Of a stretch of 33,068 nucleotides of DNA, positions 1-10,638 are shown in pieces. The stretch lies in assembly GCA_032718475.1 (NCBI GenBank), contig JAUCBJ010006234.1:1-33068 (forward strand), given 5' to 3'. Every line of letters starts with the position of its first letter. The first letter of the stretch is position 1. The notes beneath the pieces are model-generated. The model was not told the origin of the DNA. It saw nothing but the letters and a program-made list of their open reading frames with translations, and made no database searches. The DNA is from Nemertoderma westbladi (taxonomy: Eukaryota; Animalia; Xenacoelomorpha). The position numbers and the translations under genes were made by a program.

Positions 1-1
1 A

Positions 2-1375
2 ATGTGTGCCTTCCCTAAAGAATTCCATCTATTATCGGCTCAACGACCAGTTCTCTATAAACCCCTTAGAAAATGGAGTCCATTAATCCATAAGGGTTTA
101 ATTTGTCATAGATCGAGAATCCAGACTGTCGACATAAACTCACAGTTTCGGTTCCCAGTGATAATCCCTAGTCACCCAATAGAATTGCAAAGAGCGATTC
201 TATGGGATATACACAAGCGGTTACATCACGCGGGAAGGTTACACTGTCTGTCGGCAGCGAGACAGCGATTCATTCTATTGCAGCCAAGCAGGGCAGTTGG
301 CACTATGTACGACGCCTGTCTGGTTTGCAAGAGGGTGAACGCCAGAGTATTGGAACAGGAGATGGCTGAACTCCCGGAAGCGAGAGTGCAGGCATATGAC
401 CCACCCTTTACGAATACAGGGGTGGACTGTTTTGGTCCGATTGAAGCAAAGAGTGGACGGCTGACCCACAAGCGATGGGGTCTGCTACTGACATGTATGG
501 CTAGTAGAGCCATACATATCGAGCGTGTGGCAGACATGTCGACCAAATCTCTGCTCCTGGCCTTGAAGAGATTTATGGCCAGGAGAGGACTAGTAAAGGC
601 GTTCTACTCTGACAAGGGTACAAACTTTGTCGGAGGGAATAGCGAGTTGAACGCGGCTCATAAAGCAGCACAGAATAAGGAAATTTCTGCAGCACTTTTG
701 CCGCAAAGAGTAGAATGGAGATTTAATACTCCAGAGAGTCCTTGGAGAGGAGGAAGTTGGGAGCGTTTGGTTCGCTCTGTGAAGCAGGCCATTGCCAAAA
801 CATTGCCTGTGAACAAACAACTTACCGACGACGAACTGGTCACAGCTTTCATTGAAATCGAGCATACACTAAACTCGAGGCCGATAGCTATGTTGCCAGA
901 CGGTGTTGCATTAACGCCGAATCATTTGCTAATGCAGAGTCCAGCATTTCTTGTGCCGGCATCAGAACCCATTAGTGCCGACCTATATAGTCGTAAGAGC
1001 TGGAAAGTAACACAGTTAGTGGCGTACACATTCTGGGAATATTGGCGGGAATACTATCTTCCCACCATATCTACCAGAACAAAGTGGTACAAGACGGTTC
1101 GGAGTCTCCAAAGGGGAGATTACGTGTTGATAACCGAGCCGATTATCAAGAGAAAGTATTGGGAGACGGGAGTGATCTTGCACACACACCCAGACGTGCA
1201 AAACATAGTGCGCACAGTCACTGTGAAAATTAGGTGCAAGTGTCCGCACCCAAAAAAGTGTAAAACTAATGGTTTACACACCTTGGACCGACCGGTCCAA
1301 GATATTGTGTTATTAGAGGAGACACGTATCGAGACGGGAGATTATAATTTGTCTCCTGCCTCAAAACAGAATTAG
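2..1375 (+). CDS. pol: Bel/Pao LTR retrotransposon Pol C-terminus: integrase (HHCC zinc finger, DDE core, DUF5641-type C-terminal domain); 5'-truncated by window edge
   Basis: HKRLHH...CLVC zinc-binding motif; PPFTNTGVDCFGP, YSDKGTNFVG, PWRGGSWERLVRSVK and LNSRP core motifs; FWEYWREYYL...RTKW and W..G.I...HPD...VRTVTV C-terminal motifs typical of Bel/Pao. Confidence 0.95.
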   Translation: MCAFPKEFHLLSAQRPVLYKPLRKWSPLIHKGLICHRSRIQTVDINSQFRFPVIIPSHPIELQRAILWDIHKRLHHAGRLHCLSAARQRFILLQPSRAVGTMYDACLVCKRVNARVLEQEMAELPEARVQAYDPPFTNTGVDCFGPIEAKSGRLTHKRWGLLLTCMASRAIHIERVADMSTKSLLLALKRFMARRGLVKAFYSDKGTNFVGGNSELNAAHKAAQNKEISAALLPQRVEWRFNTPESPWRGGSWERLVRSVKQAIAKTLPVNKQLTDDELVTAFIEIEHTLNSRPIAMLPDGVALTPNHLLMQSPAFLVPASEPISADLYSRKSWKVTQLVAYTFWEYWREYYLPTISTRTKWYKTVRSLQRGDYVLITEPIIKRKYWETGVILHTHPDVQNIVRTVTVKIRCKCPHPKKCKTNGLHTLDRPVQDIVLLEETRIETGDYNLSPASKQN

Positions 1376-2138
1376 TGTTGGACGCAACTCACTTCGTATG
1401 CATTCCTCGTATGCAAATACAAGGAAATGCATAGGAGCGGGGTTGTGGTGATTTGCGTTGAGTTTTGTCTGGTGGGTATCAAAACAAAATTTTATTTTCA
1501 AAATTTTTTGGAAAAATTAAAATTTTAAAATTAGAAAAGTGAACCCAAGACAATTCCAGACGCTGTGTATAGACGCGTTTTAGAATTCGTCTATAGATAA
1601 ACAGTAATTTGAAAAGTCGTGAAGCCTGGAAAATAGCATTTAGAAACCATGGTGACGGCTATATTACGTAGGAGTGTAAATTGAGTTTAGCAACTTCCAC
1701 AGATTGGTGCCAACAGTGCAACTAAGGTGCTAAAGGTTAGTAGCACCAGAGGCGTCTGTACATGGACCCCACTCAGTAGTTTGCAGGATGTGTGATGTTC
1801 GATTATCAAACCTGTGGGTTTGGTATAGTCGAGTATTGTGGCTATAGTCCTTTCTAACTACTGTAGTTTAGTACGAGTAATGGGAGTAGTTTGGGCATCA
1901 AAAAGTGAGTTGGTCACGGCCAGTTTATCTCCAAAGTTTTTGCGCTATGCATGGGAATAGGTTAGAGGATAGTTAGGAAGAGACGGGATCTAGAGAGTCG
2001 AACCTGAACTGCTGGAAGGCAGCTGGAAGGGGGGTTCGGGAAGTCTGTCCTTCGGCGACATCTAACTGATTACCCACAGTGTAATTGGTTTGCGTAACGG
2101 AACACTTATTGGGATATATATGTGTATACGCGGGCATA

Positions 2139-2801
2139 ATGGAGAAGGATATTAGAGCGCAACCGCGCAGAGGATTTACTGCCAGAGAGGAGGCGGAGTT
2201 ACCATTCGCGCGACCGGGATGTAAAGACTCGAACGTTTACTACCATGGGCGGTCGGTGATGGAGCTAAATGGGAAATACAAACCCACGATTCCCGACCGA
2301 CTAGACGAGCAACATCCAGAACCGATATTAACGCGATGTCCAGCTCACCAATTCCTTAGATATAACGAGGGAGGTTACCCGATGAGCGACCCGATGATCA
2401 GTATCGACTTCAGCGGAAGGCGACCTCCGAGACCCATTACGCCGACCGTTACGACATTAGATCCGTATACGGAGATTAAACCCTGTTCGACACCCAGTTT
2501 GATAGAGACGGCAGCGGCCATTTCGCTGTACCGAGCCTATAAGGATCTAGAGGCGCGGCGCGAAGCGGTACGGGACTCGAGTTCCTGGACCACGTTCACT
2601 TCGCTTCACCAGGAGAGGAAGCTCACGCCTGAGTATCCAGACGAGATTCGCGCCGTCCATCCGTCTACTAACTATATCCATGATCCGCGGTTTATACGAT
2701 ATTTACTCCAAATTATTTCGGGAAGTTTCGACGAACGCATTATTAAGCCCGAATATGTCCAATCCTTTATATATCATCGTCGCTCTGATATATACGTCTA
2801 G
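2139..2801 (+). CDS. Accessory ORF downstream of pol (220 aa from ATG 2139), function unknown
   Basis: Uninterrupted non-repetitive ORF in GC-richer sequence at the env-like position. No hydrophobic TM segment or recognisable motif seen. Confidence 0.5.
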   Translation: MEKDIRAQPRRGFTAREEAELPFARPGCKDSNVYYHGRSVMELNGKYKPTIPDRLDEQHPEPILTRCPAHQFLRYNEGGYPMSDPMISIDFSGRRPPRPITPTVTTLDPYTEIKPCSTPSLIETAAAISLYRAYKDLEARREAVRDSSSWTTFTSLHQERKLTPEYPDEIRAVHPSTNYIHDPRFIRYLLQIISGSFDERIIKPEYVQSFIYHRRSDIYV

Positions 2802-4024
2802 AATTATTACCCAGCGCACAATTGGCGGCCTAAGGAGACTCGTTTGGGGTCATTGACCTCTGAACGAGTGGAGGATCAGGACCGCCGCGCCCACAGCGAC
2901 AACAGCCGGAGCTCACAGCTCGCGGCATGTACCAGAAGGAGGAGTCCTTGGCAAGCGTCAAGCCAAGGACGAGCAGTTCCACTCTATAAAGTTGAAGGAG
3001 GAGTTGGCGGAGGCGCCCACAGGGACGCGGCAAATGGGACGAGGCCGAGGGAGGAGCACCAGTCGGGAGATCGTCGGTGCCCAGGGAACGTCGTCGCCGG
3101 TTCCGGGAAGTGACGCCTCAAGAACGCCGTCAACAGAGTCTACAGGGGGTAGACTGGTGTATCTGGGGAGGGGAGCGAGCCCGAGAGACCCAGGAGCTAG
3201 CCGATGAGACTATATTATCACGGAGCGACAGACTCTAGATATATACATCATCGTCGCTCTGATGTATATCGTAGGTTTTGATCAATCATTCGACTGGACT
3301 CATATACACTAGTCGTATCCATATTTTAGAAATTTATTTTCGAAGGCCGAAAAATATTGAAAGGAAATACTTTTATTTTGTAGTCCGATTGGAAATAGTA
3401 AATACTTTAACTATATTTGATTTTGTGTATATGACTTTATTGCTCTAAAGTTTATTGAAAGAGGCAAAGGAAGTGATTGGGGAGACAAACCCGCGGGTTT
3501 GGCTTACTCCTATCACTTACCTGAGCAATCATCAAACCAAGGTGATTTGCGTTTTTTATAAGAAATTAAGTAAAGTCCGAAAATGAAAGAAATTATTACG
3601 TATTTTATATTTAATTTGATTATCGGCCTTTAATGCAATTTAGTTAAAAATTTAGCCTCAAATACGTTTATATTTAGTTTATCTTGTTAATATTGCTTGT
3701 TAATTTGAGATGGGAAATGGGGGACATTGTCCTAGCCATGTTTCATTTCAATATGTAGATCGTCAATTTGTAAGTAAATAAAGGAAGTAATATTTTGTAA
3801 TTTAATTTTGTATGTAGTAATCATTATGTAGAACGAACGAGAAACAGTATTTTGTAATTTTAATTTGTATGTAAATTCATTATGCAATATCTATGGCAAT
3901 ATTTGTAAATAGTAGAATTATTATGTTATTTAGATTGGTTGGAAGAAATTTATTTGTTTTGTATACATCACCTTATACTCTTCTACAATTGGAGGGAAAC
4001 ATTGTATGATTTCCCTTGGAGCGG

Positions 4025-6511
4025 TGTTACGGTATATGGCGCTGTATCCATAATATTAGTCATCATGCAGTATGCAATATTAGTCCGTTATGCAGTATGC
4101 AATATTAGTCCGTTATACTGTATGTAATATTAGTCCGTTGTGCAGCATGATATTTTAGATAAGGCATAATAACGCAGTGGTATTTAGATAGGGAAATCGA
4201 AACACCCATATATTTGAATCCATCCATTTTGTATAGTATGTAGCCCTACCTACGTAATTTTGTATTAGGTAATATGTAGATAGTTCCAGGGTAAGTTTAT
4301 TCGGACCCTGGATTCCGTGCTTGCTGATATTAGCTTTAGTAGGGCTAGCATATAGGGACGCTGTCCTGGCCATTCAGCAGCCAGAGACGTGAACCATTAC
4401 CATATATGGTAATAATTCGAGGAAGGGGAGCAAATAGGGCTACAATCCGGCCTCCTTATTGGACTAGCTGCTTCCAGGTTGGTCTAGTGCTAGCACGGAC
4501 TGGAGAGCCAATAAGAAAGCGATTGAGTCACCCTATTGCATCACCCCATCCGGATCACCTATAAATTGGCGGTGTGCCGGTAGAGCCTCACAACTCATCA
4601 CATGACACCCAGCCCTAGCACCTGTCTTGCTGTTTTTCTTGATACTTATTTTTTCTGCAATTTGCTAATTTGATTAATTTCGTGAATGATTTGCTAGTGC
4701 GATTACTTGCTTGTGTTTCTCAATTAATTCCTGTCGATTACTGCTAATTACAACTGAACTATGATTTCTACCTTTTGATTAATGGTTCTATGTGATTCTT
4801 TTCTGCGCAATAATCCTAAGGGATTCCTGAGACTGTCAGACTTTATGATTTGCATGCGCCGCTACGGTAGCTATTAGCATAATGGAGAGCTAAGGTGCCA
4901 GTGGGCGGTGGGCACATCGGGGGGTTAGCGACGAAGGGAGCGGAGGATTCAAAGGCGAGCAACGCTGGCGGGGGGTCACCGTTGCGGTCGGGCAATTTGC
5001 ATTGTAGCGTGGGGGCAGCTCGCTGGTACAGTAATTAGGGGGCTGATGATCCAGGTTTTGTCTCTATTTAGTATTAGGGGGGCAGGAATTGGGTTAGTTA
5101 GGAAGCCTAGATGTACCCGGGAGAGGTCTGCGTGCTTTACAATTGCGAATTGCATGTATTGCAGTATTGCGAATTATTATATTGTGCTGTGTAATTGCTA
5201 ATTGCGTGCATTGCGGATTGTACAATTGTGAATCGCGCATTGCGAGCTGTGATTGCTGACGCTGATTGGTGTGTTACTAAAGTGTGCCTAAGATTACGAA
5301 TGCTTAGATAGGCGCTCTTTTCCCTTTGATTGATTTCTATCTCTTAGTTTACTGTAAATAATTACTGATTAGGTCAAAGTAATACAGTATTTTAGGCTGT
5401 TACATATTTGTGACTGTAATTAATTAGTAAAATTAAGAATTAGTACGCAGCATAGCGGAGAGTAGCTAAGGTAATAATTAGAGTACCGTAAACTATTCAC
5501 GCTGAGCGGTTATTTGAATTAGCGGGCAATAAGCTAGATAGCAGTATTCAGTACGCAAAACGCATTAGTAATTTGCTGGCCTAAAGCCAGCCGCAGACAA
5601 GTTTAGTCCCACTATAGGTATTAGCCCTAATAAACACTGTACCACTTTGATTATTTTAAATATTCTCGCATTCACACATTCCGTTAGGGAACCCCCAGTA
5701 TTCGCGATTAGAAAAGACGTAGGCATTGGCGTACTTTAACAGTAAGATTAGGCGTAAGAATATACTCTGAGTGTAAAACCTCTCACACTCGTTTTAAGTC
5801 AGCTTAGGGAGCCGATTCGGGTTTGTTGTTTTGGTTATTCCCGCGTGGCTCATATATTCGAACAGTTAGCTCTCTATCGAGTAATTGGTAGAGAAAGGAA
5901 CAAGAAATTAGCAGGAGCCGTAGAAAATTAGTTAAACATATTAGCGGACGGCAGGTTAGCGCCATCTAACGGTAAGTAGCGGTTTTGTATTTAGCAGCCC
6001 CTCACATTAGCAATAATACGCTCCTGATTGCCCTGTCTAATAAATAGAGCAGTTTGCAGTTTTGTGTCTTTATTGGTTAGGCCGGGGTAGTTTGTTTAAC
6101 ACAAGGTCAAGATTTCACGTTAACCTAACGAGTTTGCTAAGCATGTCCCCAATTGTCCTGCACGTAACGGTATGTAACGCATTGTAACGCTGACTCACTT
6201 GTAAAGCATGCACATAAATATGTAACGCAAATAAACTGTCGTTAATGATGAGACATGTCCAAAGCGAAACGCATGTTTAACAAAGCGTTACCGACGAGAC
6301 ATACGTTTTTCGTCCATAACTTTTTTACTATTGGTAGAAAAAATTAACCACTATGAAATTTGAAATCAGCACGCTAATGGGTTTCTAAATATGTACTATT
6401 TGATAGGGTTGAGGAAAAAAAATTTTAACCTTGAATCTGGCCACTTTTTGTGCAAACGACCCTTTAGTCTATTACCCTACCTTTATAATTGGGTTGGTCG
6501 GGAGTGTAACA
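4025..6511 (+). repeat. Putative 3' LTR (~2.5 kb; ~2.1 kb without the nested MITE)
   Basis: TGTTAC...GTAACA termini; PPT-like tract just upstream; TATAAAT at ~4560; AATAAA at ~6039; four 25-bp tandem units (AATATTAGTCCGTTATGCAGTATGC) at 4051-4149. Confidence 0.65.
6084..6463. mobile_element. Non-autonomous DNA transposon (MITE) inside the LTR
   Basis: Imperfect TIRs GGGGTAGTTTG / CAAACGACCCT; flanks TTAGGCC and TTAGTCT (5/7 match, possible degenerate 7-bp TSD); internal GTAACG sub-repeats. Confidence 0.5.
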
Positions 6512-6558
6512 TATAGATAAAGTGAATACCGGTATATCAGTTCCATGGGTCGACTCAC

Positions 6559-6627
6559 CGGGTCGTATGGACTCCATGCCATAGTGGTACTAACAAGCAG
6601 CACAATAATAATACCGGAACAAATCAT
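6559..6627 (-). CDS. First coding exon (signal peptide) of a small secreted-protein gene: MICSGIIIVLLVSTTMAWSPYDP
   Basis: ACT-ATG start, 23 codons, hydrophobic core then T-M-A|W; consensus donor GTGAGT (6558-6553) in phase 0; same length, phase and AW position as exon 14281-14349. Confidence 0.7.
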
Positions 6628-6660
6628 AGTCGCATACAAATTAATAGAGATATAATTTTA

Positions 6661-7206
6661 AAGAAAAGTAGAAATAATTATTTAGAAAAGTAGAAATAAT
6701 TATAAAGAAAAGTAGAAATAAGTATTAAGAAAAGTATAAATAATTATAAAGAAAAGTAGAAATAAGTAGAAATAAAAGTAGAAATAATTATAAAGAAAAG
6801 TAGAAATAAGTATAAATAAAAGTAGAAATAATTATAAAGAAAAGTAGAAATAAGTATAAAGAAAAGTAGAAATAATTATAAAGAAAAGTAGAAATAAGTA
6901 TAAAGAAAAGTAGAAATAATTATAAAGAAAAGTAGAAATAATTATAAAGAAAAGTAGAAATAATTATAAAGAAAAGTAGAAATAATTATAAAGAAAATTA
7001 GAAATAATTATAAAGAAAAGTAGAAATAATTATAAAGAAAATTAGAAATAATTATAAAGAAAAGTAGAAATAAGTATAAAGAAAAGTAGAAATAAGTATA
7101 AAGAAAAGTAGAAATAATTATAAAGAAAAGTAGAAATAATTATAAAGAAAAGTAGAAATAAGTATAAAGAAAAGTAGAAATAATTATAAAGAAAAGTAGA
7201 AATAAT
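6661..7206. repeat. 22-bp AT-rich minisatellite (AGAAAAGTAGAAATAATTATAA)n, ~25 units
   Basis: Directly visible tandem array. Confidence 0.95.
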
Positions 7207-7284
7207 TTATTAACAATCAGATCCGACATGGTGCCGGAAAACATATTACACCGATTTATACCGAATTATTCGGAATAAATTACA

Positions 7285-8796
7285 AGTTGTAGTAAGTAGT
7301 GAACTGGTTGTAGTAAGTAGTGAACAAGTTGTAGTAAGTAGTGTACAAGTTGTAGTAAGTAGTGAACTGGTTGTAGTAAGTAGTGTACAGGTTGTAGTAA
7401 GTAGTGTACAGGTTGTAGTTTGTAGTGTACAGGTTGTAGTATGTAGTGTACTGGTTGTAGTATGTAGTGTACATGTTGTAGTATGTAGTGTACAGGTTGT
7501 AGTAAGTAGTGTACAGGTTGTAGTATGTAGTGTACTGGTTGTAGTAAGTAGTGAACTGGTTGTAGTATGTAGTGTACAGGTTATAGTATGTAGTGTACGG
7601 GTTGTAGTAAGTAGTGTACTGGTTGTAGTATGTAGTGTACAGGTTGTAGTATGTAGTGTACTGGTTGTAGTAAGTAGTGTACAGGTTGTAGTATGTAGTG
7701 TACTGGTTGTAGTAAGTAGTGTACAGGTTGTAGTAAGTAGTGTACAGGTTGTAGTATGTAGTGTACAGGTTGTAGTATGTAGTGTACTGGTTGTAGTATG
7801 TAGTGTACAGGTTGTAGTTTGTAGTGTACTGGTTGTAGTATGTAGTGTACAGGTTGTAGTATGTAGTGTACTGGTTGTAGTAAGTAGTGAACTGGTTGTA
7901 GTATGTAGTGTACTGGTTGTAGTAAGTAGTGTACAGGTTGTAGTATGTAGTGTACTGGTTGTAGTATGTAGTGTACAGGTTGTAGTTTGTAGTGTACAGG
8001 TTGTAGTATGTAGTGAACTGGTTGTAGTATGTAGTGTACAGGTTGTAGTATGTAGTGTACTGGTTGTAGTAAGTAGTGAACTGGTTGTAGTATGTAGTGT
8101 ACTGGTTGTAGTAAGTAGTGTACAGGTTGTAGTATGTAGTGTACTGGTTGTAGTAAGTAGTGTACAGGTTGTAGTAAGTAGTGTACAGGTTGTAGTATGT
8201 AGTGTACAGGTTGTAGTATGTAGTGTACTGGTTGTAGTATGTAGTGTACAGGTTGTAGTATGTAGTGTACTGGTTGTAGTAAGTAGTGAACTGGTTGTAG
8301 TATGTAGTGTACTGGTTGTAGTAAGTAGTGTACAGGTTGTAGTATGTAGTGTACTGGTTGTAGTAAGTAGTGTACAGGTTGTCGTAAGTAGTGTACAGGT
8401 TGTAGTATGTAGTGTACAGGTTGTAGTATGTAGTGTACTGGTTGTAGTATGTAGTGTACAGGTTGTAGTTTGTAGTGTACAGGTTGTAGTATGTAGTGTA
8501 CTGGTTGTAGTATGTAGTGTACAGGTTGTAGTATGTAGTGTACAGGTTGTAGTATGTAGTGTACTGGTTGTAGTAAGTAGTGAACTGGTTGTAGTATGTA
8601 GTGTACAGGTTGTAGTATGTAGTGTACTGGTTGTAGTAAGTAGTGAACTGGTTGTAGTATGTAGTGTACAGGTTGTAGTATGTAGTCTACAGGTTGTAGT
8701 ATGTAGTGTACAGGTTGTAGTATGTAGTGTACAGGTTGTAGTTTGTAGTGTACAGGTTGTAGTATGTAGTGAACTGGTTGTAGTATGTAGTGTACA
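7285..8796. repeat. 21-bp minisatellite (GTTGTAGTATGTAGTGTACAG)n, ~72 units
   Basis: Directly visible; a few recurrent variant positions (TAT/TAA/TTT, CAG/CTG, GTA/GAA). Confidence 0.95.
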
Positions 8797-9046
8797 AGTA
8801 CAGGTGCAAGTAACTGAATGAAACATTACTGTCGATGTCTTTATTTAAATATCGTGTGAATGTTTCCACTTGCTCCGTAAATTATTATTTGTTATTCTAT
8901 TATGCGACCTTTGTTCGCACCCAGTCTGTCATACACCACGTCGACTCAATGATAAGCTGAGGTATAGCAACAATATTTATGTTTGTTATTAGTATTTTGG
9001 GTGGATAAGTGGTTTTCATTAACCAGTGGTTTTCGTTGGGCGCAGC

Positions 9047-9195
9047 AAAGCTGACCGACTTCCAGGTGGGATCGAACTGGTGACCTCTTGGTTGGGGAGT
9101 TCTGACTCTGTTTCCTATTGATTATTGGTTGTTAGTAAAGCTGACCGACTTCCATCATTCAGGTCACCAGTTCGATCCCACCTGAATGTCAACAA
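9047..9195. repeat. Rearranged fragments of a tRNA-derived repeat, forming an inverted pair
   Basis: Perfect 24-bp inverted repeat (9063-9086 / 9161-9184) containing B-box-like GTTCGATCC; 18-bp direct repeat AAAGCTGACCGACTTCCA (9047, 9137); same family as 17941-18020 and 18770-18845. Confidence 0.7.
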
Positions 9196-10427
9196 TAATT
9201 CAATCCACGGATTTGAATGTCTCCGGTAAACATTGTAAGCATTGTGTTATATTTTGGTTTTACTTAGGATTTTTTGAATATTCGGTTTCACTAAAAAAAC
9301 TATGTTGCCTTTGTGAATTTTGAGATTGTTTTAAGTAAAGCGCCTCCAATATTACAGCATTCGCCTCCCCTTCTAAACTCGAATCGTTTATCTAATAAAT
9401 CCTACAACCCTTGGGGGGTGGGGAGGGGGGGGGGGGTAGCCCCTCCCCACGCTAAAAATTGATGGCAATCGGGACGGGATCTTTGAGTTGGCAGTATAAA
9501 TCCCGACCGGTGTCTGTTTTGTATGCGTCGCCGCGTCTGTAGGCTGCTGAAGCTGTTGTCTGGATATAAGTATATACTAGGCCGAAGGCCATTCAAATAA
9601 CTGAGTTTTACTATCAGCGTTTATAAACACAGTAATCAATAATAGCACAGTCTGAATATAATAGTAAGGTTGTGACGACGGTTAAAACTGTTCCGGTCTC
9701 ACAACTGCATAGGAACCAACTGAACCAGTAATCAATAACCACAACGGTTATATTATCATTGACACATATTAAATTACCTCTACACTACTGAGTGGCCTGA
9801 GTATCCAATAGATGCGCTCTAATCACTCCCAATGTGCTTTCCCACCCACCATTGGCTTAACCTGATTAATTGTCACCTCGCCACTCCCTGTTGCCACTGT
9901 CCCTTCGTGCTAGCCTTACTAGCTTGTTTGTCCCTCTGAGGTGGTTTGACCTCTCAACTCTCCCTGTGGCTTGCAGCGTGTATCGCCTTAGTTGGTTGTG
10001 AGGTGACATTATTATTGCTAATGTCACCTCGCCAACTATAATTGGTAAAATGCCACTAATCCCATTTTAGGTGGGTAATGCACGGAATTGAATCCGCTTA
10101 CACCCCCCCCCCCCATGCTATCTTCCCAGTGAGAAGATAGCATCAACCTTAAGTGCGCTTCAATTCCGCTGGAATCCAATCTAATATTGGATGTGGGGTG
10201 GAATTCTCTTCTCGGGGTCAGCTTTCCAGGCCGGCCCCCATGGGTCTGTTATCACTACTCATCCTTGGTACATCCTTGGTAATAATCCCACATTGTGTTT
10301 CTCTATTGTTTTATTATAATAATCAACCACCACCACCACTACCACCACCAAAGCTCAACAGTTATAGTTTAATAGATAGTTTGATGTATTCATTAGATTG
10401 GACAACACCTTGGGTGTCAGCAGAGTT

Positions 10428-10495
10428 TTATCTGTTTATGAAGCGTAAGTCATTATCGTTGTCAGCTCTCTCTTCTGTTATCAGTCTATCAGCTT
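10428..10495 (-). CDS. Small secreted-peptide gene, coding exon 3: (E)ADRLITEERADNDNDLRFINR*
   Basis: Acceptor AAACAG| at 10496; phase-1 join to exon 2; TAA at 10430-10428; AATAAA on - strand at 10315-10310. Confidence 0.55.
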
Positions 10496-10638
10496 CTGTT
10501 TAATTGACAATAATAAATAAATTATAATGATGCTTTTTTTAGCATATCAATATTTTCAACCGAAATTGTGGACTTAGTGGTCCGTTTTCTATCATATATT
10601 GGCGACTTTCGGTTTCAGGTACTTGCCTAGTCTAACTT

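Larger units (their letters stand above)
1..6511 (+). mobile_element. 3' half of a Bel/Pao LTR retrotransposon (integrase, ~2.6-kb post-pol region, 3' LTR)
   Basis: Integrase ORF followed by a purine-rich GGAGCGG (4018-4024) abutting TGTTAC (4025), with the inverted GTAACA at 6506-6511. The 5' LTR is outside the window, so the extent is inferred. Confidence 0.7.

Noticed and set aside
226-1249. Short antisense and alternate-frame ORFs within integrase (likewise those within the LINE ORFs)
   Set aside because: Shadows of long coding frames with no independent motifs.
6245-6272. Hammerhead-like TGATGAG...CGAAAC
   Set aside because: Lacks the core C of CUGANGA, and no stem II can form.
7246-8826. 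526-aa Thr/Cys/His-rich ORF (TTTCTLH)n resembling a mucin or metal-binding protein
   Set aside because: Consists almost entirely of a 21-bp repeat that lacks stops in one frame; no signal peptide and only ~10 unique residues at each end. Not excluded without expression data.
9412-9450. G-rich tract with G-quadruplex potential
   Set aside because: Simple G run with no supporting context; probably part of an unidentified repeat.
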